From a virus (lineage: Duplodnaviria > Caudoviricetes): 31,566 nt of DNA. The translations under genes were made by a program, and so were the position numbers. The notes beneath the pieces are model-generated. The model worked only from the letters and a program-made list of their open reading frames with translations, did not search any database and was not told where the DNA came from. Positions 1 to 6,461 of this stretch are shown piece after piece (the stretch's first letter is position 1; every line of letters starts with the position of its first letter). The stretch spans positions 1-31,566 of IMG/VR virus record IMGVR_UViG_3300027707_000066. One strand, 5' to 3'.

Positions 1-52
1 TTCCGCGGGTCGAACCCGAGAACGTGCTTCGGTTGGAATCCCATCGTGTTTC

Positions 53-415
53 TCATCGCGTCGGGTTGTTGAGGGTTTGGAGCGCAGACTTCACATGCAG
101 CCGCCAGGCCGCGCCGGTGATCTTCACCACCGGCAAGACACCTTCGCGCGCCAGCCGGCGCACCGTCTCCACATGCAGGCCGAGCCACGCGGCGACCTGC
201 TCGCTGTCGAGCATGTCCTCGGGCGCCACCGGACGGTCCCATGGAGGTCGAGGAGCGGATGGCCTGGGCGCTTGGCTTGGGATGCCGGCGCCGCCCGATT
301 GGGTTCGACCATCCGCTGTTTGGGGGGAATCGACCGGCGGGAAATCGGACGAGCGCAGCGCGCTCGAGTTGCCCAGGTACAAGGCCGCGGCGCCTGTCGG
401 GATGGTTGTGCTCAC
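53..415 (-). CDS. Excisionase-like HTH_17/MerR-type DNA-binding protein
   Basis: C-terminal MLDSEQVAAWLGLHVETVRRLAREGVLPVVKITGAAWRL is a typical Xis/HTH_17 motif. GTG start at 415 overlaps the upstream TGA (GTGA coupling). Confidence 0.8.
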   Translation of the reverse strand: MSTTIPTGAAALYLGNSSALRSSDFPPVDSPQTADGRTQSGGAGIPSQAPRPSAPRPPWDRPVAPEDMLDSEQVAAWLGLHVETVRRLAREGVLPVVKITGAAWRLHVKSALQTLNNPTR

Positions 416-591
416 ATTGCCCACGGGTTGAAGCCCCGGCGCTTGCACCACGCCTTGTAGGCGATGTCCACGCTGCGCTCGAGCGTGCCCCATCCGCGCG
501 AAACCATCATGTCGCCGTACTGGACCGACCGGGTGATGACCCGGCGGGGCGTGCCATCCGTGCGCCGCCGCAGCGGTTGACCGGCGCTCAC
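412..591 (-). CDS. Hypothetical phage early protein (59 aa, MSAGQPLRRR...KAWCKRRGFNPWAM)
   Basis: Translated by hand (below the ORF-track cutoff). GTGA-coupled to both neighbours. Confidence 0.6.
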   Translation of the reverse strand: MSAGQPLRRRTDGTPRRVITRSVQYGDMMVSRGWGTLERSVDIAYKAWCKRRGFNPWAM

Positions 592-797
592 GGGCGGCCC
601 CCTTCCTTTGGTTGCCGGCTCCGGCAGTAATCGAACGATTCCAGCGCACCGCGAGCCGCGTTGAGCGCGTCACGGCTCCCGAAACTCAGGTTTAGCCGCT
701 CCTCGGCCAGCGCCCGGAGCGCGGCGGAAGCGGTGCGGTACAACTCGAACGCCCTAGCAGCCTGCTCCACCGACATCGTGTCAGCGCTCACAGCCAT
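588..797 (-). CDS. Hypothetical phage early protein
   Basis: Helical protein MAVSADTMSVEQAARAFELY... in a coupled operon. Start is 797 (ATG) or 791 (GTG). Confidence 0.6.
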   Translation of the reverse strand: MAVSADTMSVEQAARAFELYRTASAALRALAEERLNLSFGSRDALNAARGALESFDYCRSRQPKEGGRP

Positions 798-961
798 CCT
801 TTCGCCATCCAGCCGGCCGCGAAGAACATCGCGGCACCGAACACAAAAAGCCCGTGGTCCAGCATCGCCTCCCAACGGTCCGCTGCGCGCCGCCGCGCGT
901 TTGCTTGGTCGGTGGCAACGAAGTCGATGTCGCCGGGTCGAAGCTGATGAGGGTGCTTCAT
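788..961 (-). CDS. Small membrane protein (C-terminal TM helix)
   Basis: MKHPHQ...LDHGLFVFGAAMFFAAGWMAKGWL, with a hydrophobic C-terminus. Confidence 0.6.
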   Translation of the reverse strand: MKHPHQLRPGDIDFVATDQANARRRAADRWEAMLDHGLFVFGAAMFFAAGWMAKGWL

Positions 962-1010
962 AAGATTAGTTGCGTCGGTAAGCCTGCGGTGGTAGTGTGG
1001 TAAGGTGGTT

Positions 1011-1247
1011 TTAGGCCAAAGCTGCCAGATCATCAGCAAAAGCACCGACCGGGATTCCGGCCTCCGCCAGCCGATTGGCGCCGATGCCAAGCTTTCGCAG
1101 TCTGCGGGCAACATAGGCATCGGTCAGGTCGGTGAGCACCGACTTTACCGTCTGGCCGCGGCGGGTGGGGTCCACTGCCAGCGAGAATTTCAGGCGCTCG
1201 TGGGCGCCCTTTTCCAGTTTTACCGTCACATCTTGTTTTCGTGCCAT
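1011..1247 (-). CDS. Cro-position ribbon-helix-helix-like regulator
   Basis: MARKQDVTVKLEKGAHERLK...TVKSVLTDLTDAYV fits a beta-helix-helix pattern. First gene of the operon divergent from the repressor. Confidence 0.55.
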   Translation of the reverse strand: MARKQDVTVKLEKGAHERLKFSLAVDPTRRGQTVKSVLTDLTDAYVARRLRKLGIGANRLAEAGIPVGAFADDLAALA

Positions 1248-1323
1248 AGTCGTTCTCCAAAAAATCATTACGCTCACCATCGATGCGTCCACCGGCAGGT
1301 GCCGGCGTTGGGTTCGTGGTACG

Positions 1324-1378
1324 GTGTTGTTGTAGGTTGGAACCCAACACTAATCAACACATGAACGTTGAATCCAAC
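1324..1378. promoter_or_regulatory. Putative operators in the divergent immunity region (GTTGG-N3-CCAAC type palindromes)
   Basis: GTTGGAACCCAAC at 1336-1348 and GTTGAATCCAAC at 1367-1378, with related sites at 32-45 and 1549-1579. AT-rich region between the divergent regulators. Confidence 0.5.
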
Positions 1379-1828
1379 AACGTAGAAGCCGCGCTAATCT
1401 TCCTGAAGTACAGCTACGCAGGCAGGATAAAGGAATTGGCTGAAAAATTGGGCTTAAACCGCTCCACTGTATCAGTTTTCCTTACTAAACAAAAGGCTCC
1501 TAAAAAGCATCACAAGGCCATCTTGCATCAGTGGCGGGTGGAAAACGGGTTGGAAAAGCCAACAGAATCCAACGTTGGAAGCGGCGCACCCCAGCCTCTC
1601 GGGCACATCCCGTTCCGTGGTCGCGACTGGTCGATGGACGTGCCCGTCTACGCGGAGGAATCGCTCAACGATGCGGTGTTGAAAGCCGTTGACCGCCTGT
1701 TGTGCGTTGCGAGAGGCGGAACTACGGCACCATCAAGTCCGAACAAATCCGCAGCCGAGGCTATCACCGCCCCAAAAAACGGCTTGGAATTTACCGGATG
1801 TACCACTTCGGACGGCAAACGACCGTAA
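1361..1828 (+). CDS. Phage repressor-like HTH protein
   Basis: N-terminal HTH GRIKELAEKLGLNRSTVSVFL, divergent from the early operon. ATG at 1361. No S24 peptidase domain recognisable. Confidence 0.7.
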   Translation: MNVESNNVEAALIFLKYSYAGRIKELAEKLGLNRSTVSVFLTKQKAPKKHHKAILHQWRVENGLEKPTESNVGSGAPQPLGHIPFRGRDWSMDVPVYAEESLNDAVLKAVDRLLCVARGGTTAPSSPNKSAAEAITAPKNGLEFTGCTTSDGKRP

Positions 1829-1959
1829 TAGGGAAGTCCCTCACACATGCGCCTGCGCAGCGCCTGCGCGCATGCACGTCGTATCTTCGCCCGTACACGC
1901 GCGAGGGTTTTCTTTTTTGGTCGTTTGCCGTCCGACACGGTACAGCCGGTAACTTCAAA
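1784..1959. repeat. 41-bp imperfect inverted repeat (1784-1824 / 1919-1959) enclosing 94 bp
   Basis: 35 of 41 positions are complementary with no indels. The inner 17 bp (TCGGACGGCAAACGACC) are perfect. Confidence 0.9.
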
Positions 1960-1971
1960 TCTAGAAATCGA

Positions 1972-2496
1972 TTGAAACCAACCACTTCCGTATCCTGTCC
2001 ACGGTGTTTGACAGCTCAAAACGCCGGTCTCGACCCGTTTTTCTCCGAGTGCAGCACCTGCGGCCACCACTGGAGTCACCCTGCGGCCCGGCGGCCCGAA
2101 CCACCATCTGAGCCCGAGCCAGCCCCCGAAGCCGCCCAGCCGCCACCGCTGCGCGTCTACGGCGCTGCCACGCACGTCTGCACGCGCTGCCACACCGCGG
2201 GCTGGCCGCGCGATTCCTACCGCGGGTCCATCACGGCAGTGGGCCTCGTCCTGCTCGGGCTTTTCGCCTTGGTCGCGGGCGCGATGTTGCGGCCGCCCTC
2301 TGCGCTGGTCGGGATGGCCCTGCTCTGCACCGGCGTGCTGGTGTCCACGCTGGAGGCCAGCCGCCGCGCGGGACCGTTGTGCCGCAGCTGCGAGACCGGC
2401 CCGCTGGTGCCGCTCGGCACCCCTGCTGCGCGAGCCATCGAGACGCAAAAAGCCGCGCAAACTGCCACCGAAACCGGCACCCAAAACGGCACCTAG
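1972..2496 (+). CDS. Zn-ribbon-containing membrane protein (moron / superinfection-immunity position)
   Basis: Four CxxC pairs (CPRC, CSTC, CTRC, CRSC), a Pro-rich linker and two hydrophobic helices. TTG start at 1972 is inferred; the ORF is open from 1702. Confidence 0.65.
   Translation: MKPTTSVSCPRCLTAQNAGLDPFFSECSTCGHHWSHPAARRPEPPSEPEPAPEAAQPPPLRVYGAATHVCTRCHTAGWPRDSYRGSITAVGLVLLGLFALVAGAMLRPPSALVGMALLCTGVLVSTLEASRRAGPLCRSCETGPLVPLGTPAARAIETQKAAQTATETGTQNGT
2459..2494 (+). repeat. Left arm-type integrase-binding repeats (3 x 12 bp)
   Basis: AAACTGCCACCG, AAACCGGCACCC, AAAACGGCACCT. The core matches the repeats right of the att core. Confidence 0.6.
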
Positions 2497-2541
2497 AAGC
2501 CTTTCCTTAGGAAAAGCCAATGAAACCGCATAAAGCGCCGC

Positions 2542-2588
2542 CCTTGACACGGTAGGGGTCACAGGTTCGAACCCTGTACCGCGCACCA
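2542..2588 (+). other. attP core: 3' half of tRNA-Val(GAC)
   Basis: Anticodon loop TTGACAC, GGTAG, T-arm ACAGG-TTCGAAC-CCTGT and a CCA end are present. The 5' acceptor/D-arm half is absent and the anticodon stem is broken. It lies about 200 bp upstream of the integrase. Confidence 0.85.
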
Positions 2589-2725
2589 TTCCCATTTTGC
2601 AATGAAACCGGGGTTTTTGAAGGATTTCCCAATGAATCAGGCTCCTCTGCATGCTGCGCAGGGGGTGCCAGCACCTCGCCAGACACATCCCCACGCAACG
2701 GGGAACACGGTCTGCACAGCCGCAG

Positions 2726-2765
2726 AACCGGCACCAACCGGCACCAGCCGGCACCAGCTGGCACC
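2726..2765 (+). repeat. Right arm-type repeats (4 x 10 bp tandem ARCYGGCACC)
   Basis: AACCGGCACC AACCGGCACC AGCCGGCACC AGCTGGCACC just upstream of int. Confidence 0.65.
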
Positions 2766-2786
2766 CACCAACATCCAGCCCACGTT

Positions 2787-3893
2787 TTGACCATGGCCAT
2801 CCGAGTCAGCGCAGTGACGAAAAACGGACAACGCCGATTTGTCGTCGATGTCCACGCGGCGGGGAAGCGGTGGCGACGGTTCTTCCCCAATCGGACGCTG
2901 GCGGACCAGGAGGCGGCGCGCGTCAGGGCAGGGCAGGAGCGGTCGGGCAACGTGTGGATGAGCATGACGGGCCGGGAACGGGATGAGCTTGTCCAGGTCT
3001 GGCAGGAGGTGCAGGCCGCAGGGCTCACCATGCGCGAGGTCTGGGCGCAGCATCAGCGCCGCGCGCCGCGGGCGACCGATAGGACGTGGGGGCAGGCCAT
3101 CGAGGAGCTGCTGGCGGCCAAGCGGACGGCGGGGCGGTCCATCGAGTACCTGGGCAACCTCGAGAGCCAGCTGCGCCAGTTTGCCGCGGGGCGCGAGGCG
3201 GCGGTGATGGCGCCCGAGGCCGCCGAGGTGCAGGCGTGGTGCAATGCGCCAGGACTCAGCGCGTGGACGCGGGCGACGCGGCTGAATCGGCTCTCGACCT
3301 TGTTCTCGTTTGCCGTCCGGCAAGGGTTCCTCGAGGCCAATCCGTGCGACCGGATGGAACGGGCGCGGATCCCGTGGGCGGCCCCGGAGGTGCTGACGCT
3401 GGAGCAGTGCCGGCAGGCGCTAGCGTTCACTCGGGCGCATCATGCGCGGTCGTTGGGCTGGCTGGTGCTGGCGCTGCTGGCCGGTGCCCGGCCGCGGGAA
3501 GCGGAGCGCATCGAATGGGCGGACATCGACCTTGCGCGGGGCTTGGTGCGGGTCGAGGCGATGGCGGCGAAGGTCCGGGACCGGCGGGTCATCCATCTGA
3601 CGGATGCGGCGCGGGCGTGGCTGGCGGTGGCGCAGGCGGCGGATGCGGCTCTGCCGATGCCGGCGGAGTCGCGGCGGCGGTACATCCGCGCGCTCCGCGT
3701 CGAGTTGGGTTTTGCGGCTTGGCCGAAGGACATCCTGCGAAAAACAGCCGCGAGCAACCTGCTGGCCGCATGGCAGGACGTTGAGCGGGTGCGCGCGGAG
3801 CTGGGCAACAGCGCGCGGGTGCTGCTTTGGCATTACCGCGAGCTCGTGAGCACGGAAGAGGGGACGCGGTGGGTGAAGGAATTGGTGCCGTGA
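2787..3893 (+). CDS. int: Tyrosine recombinase / phage integrase
   Basis: Core-binding region RLSTLFSFAVRQG..NP. Catalytic motifs GARPRE (R), AKVR (K), DILRKT, LGNS and HY (Y). Adjacent to the tRNA-derived att. Start is 2787 (TTG) or 2793 (ATG). Confidence 0.93.
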   Translation: MTMAIRVSAVTKNGQRRFVVDVHAAGKRWRRFFPNRTLADQEAARVRAGQERSGNVWMSMTGRERDELVQVWQEVQAAGLTMREVWAQHQRRAPRATDRTWGQAIEELLAAKRTAGRSIEYLGNLESQLRQFAAGREAAVMAPEAAEVQAWCNAPGLSAWTRATRLNRLSTLFSFAVRQGFLEANPCDRMERARIPWAAPEVLTLEQCRQALAFTRAHHARSLGWLVLALLAGARPREAERIEWADIDLARGLVRVEAMAAKVRDRRVIHLTDAARAWLAVAQAADAALPMPAESRRRYIRALRVELGFAAWPKDILRKTAASNLLAAWQDVERVRAELGNSARVLLWHYRELVSTEEGTRWVKELVP

Positions 3894-3921
3894 CCATTTT
3901 GCCGGTGTCGGCAAAATGGTC
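3892..3921. terminator. Perfect 13-bp hairpin immediately after the int stop
   Basis: GACCATTTTGCCG-GTGT-CGGCAAAATGGTC. There is no clear U-tract. Confidence 0.5.
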
Positions 3922-4026
3922 CGCAATCGATACCAAAAAGGCAAAAACACTAGGGAATCGCGTGTTTATCACCCGGGTTTATCGACCGCTATCGACCACT
4001 AAACAACGGCCGTTGATAAATACTTG

Positions 4027-4055
4027 TTGACGAGTAATAGCCGCTACCCCAATAT
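4027..4055 (+). promoter_or_regulatory. Sigma70-like promoter for the accessory operon (possibly leaderless mRNA)
   Basis: TTGACG-17 nt-CAATAT, with ATG 6 nt downstream. AT-rich context with palindrome CAACGGCCGTTG at 4004-4015. Confidence 0.5.
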
Positions 4056-4061
4056 CCACCC

Positions 4062-4379
4062 ATGAAAACGAACGAGACCCGCACCGCTTCCCGAATCTAT
4101 TTCACCCTCAAGCACGGCAACTTGTGGGTTGCCAATTTTCAGCCGCTCAACCCGAAGACCGGCCATCCGTGGCAGGCCAGCCGCTCCATCAAGGGTCACG
4201 ACGCCTACCAGCTCGCGCTCTGGTGCTCGCACAAGCCGGTCCGCACGGAAGTCATCATCGGCCCTGTGCCGCCCTTCAAAGTCTGGTCCCTTGACTACTC
4301 CACAGTCCTCACTGGTTTTTCGACCGAGGCGCTGGCCCTCGCCGCCATTGCCGCCGAGAAGGCTCGCTCCGGCAAGTGA
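4062..4379 (+). CDS. Hypothetical protein (105 aa)
   Basis: Clean ORF directly after the promoter, with coding-like codon usage. Confidence 0.7.
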   Translation: MKTNETRTASRIYFTLKHGNLWVANFQPLNPKTGHPWQASRSIKGHDAYQLALWCSHKPVRTEVIIGPVPPFKVWSLDYSTVLTGFSTEALALAAIAAEKARSGK

Positions 4380-4389
4380 TGCCATCACC

Positions 4390-4737
4390 ATGAAGCTCCT
4401 CGACAATCTCCGCGCCGACCTCGCCCGCATCGGCGCCACGCTGGATGACTCATCGGACGACTCCATCAACCTCGATGCGCCTTCCGGGTACGTCTGGCGG
4501 GCCAACGGATGCACGGCATACCGCATCCAGTTTGCCAACAGCCAAGGGCAGACATGGATTGCCGAGGCCCTTCGCGTCGAAGCGCCGGCGCTCCGTCTTG
4601 GCCTCGACAAGGTGGTCGACCCAGAAGTCTTGGCGGACCACCGGCACGAGCTTGGCGACGACGGCTGGGGTGCCGCGCCGGACGCCCCGGACCATATCGG
4701 ATGGCCGTCGAATCGACCATCCTCCTCAACTAAATGA
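4390..4737 (+). CDS. Hypothetical acidic protein (115 aa)
   Basis: MKLLDNLRADLARIG... ATG at 4390, ATGA-coupled to the next gene. Confidence 0.7.
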   Translation: MKLLDNLRADLARIGATLDDSSDDSINLDAPSGYVWRANGCTAYRIQFANSQGQTWIAEALRVEAPALRLGLDKVVDPEVLADHRHELGDDGWGAAPDAPDHIGWPSNRPSSSTK

Positions 4738-4961
4738 ACACCCCGCTTCGAGACCTTATCGCAGCCGAGCCCGACGTGCGGGCGGTGCTGGAATTAGAGC
4801 CCATCGCCGGCACCCAGGACTGGCGCTACCTGATCGAGACGACGTTCGGCTCGTTTCCGCGCTTTGTGATCGGGCGCTGCTCCGCCACCGGTGCGGGCTG
4901 CGGGATTGTACACACCTGCGGACACATCGAGACCGCGCGCAACGAATGGGAGAAAGCATGA
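4734..4961 (+). CDS. Hypothetical protein (75 aa)
   Basis: ATGA-coupled at both ends. Confidence 0.65.
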   Translation: MNTPLRDLIAAEPDVRAVLELEPIAGTQDWRYLIETTFGSFPRFVIGRCSATGAGCGIVHTCGHIETARNEWEKA

Positions 4962-5110
4962 AGCCACCCACACCGAAGAAGCGCGGCCGAGGACAGCCCG
5001 CTAAGGAGGAGACAAAAGGAATCCGAGCCTACGCGGCCGACGTGCCGCGGCTCATGCGCCACGGCAAGACGCAGGCGGAGGCGGTGCGGGCGCTGCTCAA
5101 GCTCAAGTGA
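4958..5110 (+). CDS. Small basic DNA-binding protein (AT-hook-like plus RHH-like)
   Basis: MKPPTPKKRGRGQPAKEETKGIRAYAADVPRLMRHGKTQAEAVRALLKLK. Last gene of the operon. Confidence 0.6.
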   Translation: MKPPTPKKRGRGQPAKEETKGIRAYAADVPRLMRHGKTQAEAVRALLKLK

Positions 5111-5330
5111 GCCGGTAGACCCAGACCTTCACGGTCTTCGCGCCGCATCGGCGCGCCACTTGGCGTCGCTCCGCGAGGCCGTTAAAAGACGCACGACGCA
5201 GCACGTCGCAGGCTCGGTCGGTTGATTTTCCCCATCTGATTGCAAAGTCGCTTGGGGTTGCAAACCCTTTTGGGATTGGCTCCTCTTTTTGCGACATGTT
5301 CAACAGCAGTCGGTCAAATTCCGCACTCAT
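5103..5330 (-). CDS. Small winged-helix-like protein
   Basis: MSAEFDRLL...IPKGFATPSDFAIRWGKSTDRACDVLRR...VWVYRL. ATGA-coupled to the phosphoesterase. Confidence 0.6.
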   Translation of the reverse strand: MSAEFDRLLLNMSQKEEPIPKGFATPSDFAIRWGKSTDRACDVLRRASFNGLAERRQVARRCGAKTVKVWVYRLT

Positions 5331-6034
5331 ATTGGGAGCCTCCACTCGGTCTCGCCCTGCTGCCATTCGTGAACATGTAGGTTGGCTTGGTCGCCGCTGA
5401 CCTCGCCCCAGACGAGCCCGTGGCTCCACGCCAGGGTCGCGCGCCGGCCGCTGGCGTATCCCATCGCCGGGATGTCAGCCAGGGTGCCGACCCCGAACGC
5501 GGTGGGGTTGTCGGAGCGTCTTCCCTTGGCAGAGCCAGCTCGATGCGCGTGCGCGACGACGGTATTGCCCCAGGTCTCGGCGGTGTCGCGGAGGTAGTTC
5601 TCGCCGAACAAGTGGCCGTGGCCAAACTTGAATCCGCCGAGTGTGAACCAGCCTTTCTCGTGGACGGTGTAAGGGATGATGGGCGCCTCGCCGATGGCGT
5701 CCATCATGCGCTCAAGGGTTGCCTGAGCGGCCATGGCAATGATTTCGTTGAAATGCTCAGAGAGCTTCACCAGCCGATGCTCGTGGTTGCCAAGGCAAAA
5801 AACCGTTGGCGCAAAATCGCTCAGGAACCGAGCCCCGTTGGTGATGTCGTCATGGATGGACTCGGTGCAGTCCGAGTCTTTCCCGCCGATTGCGCCAGTG
5901 CGGAACGCGGCCGAATCATACGCATCGCCGAGGTGGATGCGGTGCTTGGGCTTCCACTCGTCGCGGAATCTCAGGACGGCGCGTAGCGCGTCCGGGTTGG
6001 CGAATGTGCCGTGAGAACACCCGACCGCGAGCAC
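5327..6034 (-). CDS. Calcineurin-like metallophosphoesterase
   Basis: Motifs GCSHG, HLGD, GNHE, HGH and AHAH. The start is uncertain (GTG 6034; the ORF is open further upstream). Confidence 0.85.
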   Translation of the reverse strand: MLAVGCSHGTFANPDALRAVLRFRDEWKPKHRIHLGDAYDSAAFRTGAIGGKDSDCTESIHDDITNGARFLSDFAPTVFCLGNHEHRLVKLSEHFNEIIAMAAQATLERMMDAIGEAPIIPYTVHEKGWFTLGGFKFGHGHLFGENYLRDTAETWGNTVVAHAHRAGSAKGRRSDNPTAFGVGTLADIPAMGYASGRRATLAWSHGLVWGEVSGDQANLHVHEWQQGETEWRLPI

Positions 6035-6048
6035 TCGCTCCCATCGGT

Positions 6049-6267
6049 TTAGTACGGCGAAAACAGGCGCAGGAACTCCGCGACGGAGCGGGCGGTCAGC
6101 TCGCCGTCGTGCTGGCTCTGGTAGATGACTGCCGGGATCTTGGTGGACTTTCCCAGGCCGATTCGCAGAAACCCGAGGCTGGTCACTGTGATCGCGACGG
6201 GGCTTTGGTTTTTTCTCCATAGAGTGCCGGGTTTGATAAGGACAGCGTTCACGGGAAAAAGGGTCAC
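6049..6267 (-). CDS. Small SH3-like (DUF1653-like) protein
   Basis: IKPGTLWRK...VIYQSQHDGELTARSVAEFLRLF resembles the DUF1653 pattern. GTGA-coupled start. Confidence 0.55.
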   Translation of the reverse strand: MTLFPVNAVLIKPGTLWRKNQSPVAITVTSLGFLRIGLGKSTKIPAVIYQSQHDGELTARSVAEFLRLFSPY

Positions 6268-6461
6268 CACGCGCCGGCGGGGCATCGGCGGAGCTTGGTC
6301 CATGGCTGGATGCGGATGGCGTTGAGCGGGCATCCGCAGGCGCGGGAAGGGTGGCGGCAGGTCGACTCCACCAGCCACTCGCAGGCAGCGCAGGCGGCGT
6401 GCCGCGCGGCATCGGCCCGAGGATGGCTCTGGACCCGCTGGCTGGTGCGGAAGGCAATCAC
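6264..6461 (-). CDS. Small Cys-rich protein (CxxC...C...CGC...CPxGxW)
   Basis: RHAACAACEW...CRHPSRACGCP...RCPAGAW. GTGA-coupled to the upstream large gene. Confidence 0.65.
   Translation of the reverse strand: MIAFRTSQRVQSHPRADAARHAACAACEWLVESTCRHPSRACGCPLNAIRIQPWTKLRRCPAGAW

Noticed and set aside
1-25. GGGTTCGAACCC T-loop-like sequence suggesting a tRNA
   Set aside because: No 5-bp T-stem with a 7-nt loop on either strand and no acceptor or CCA in view. It is just a palindrome at the window edge.
1784-1959. Retron msr-msd bounded by a1/a2 repeats
   Set aside because: No reverse transcriptase gene is adjacent or anywhere in the window.
2515-2588. Complete phage tRNA-Val gene
   Set aside because: The 5' acceptor strand and D-arm are missing and the anticodon stem is mismatched. 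It fits an att core instead.
1648-2754. 368-aa minus-strand ORF
   Set aside because: It runs through attP and the antisense tRNA fragment (MVRGTGFEPVT is a typical tRNA shadow) and overlaps better-supported + strand genes.
2726-2765. CRISPR mini-array
   Set aside because: 10-bp tandem units with no spacers. The dispersed intergenic repeats are also not regularly spaced.
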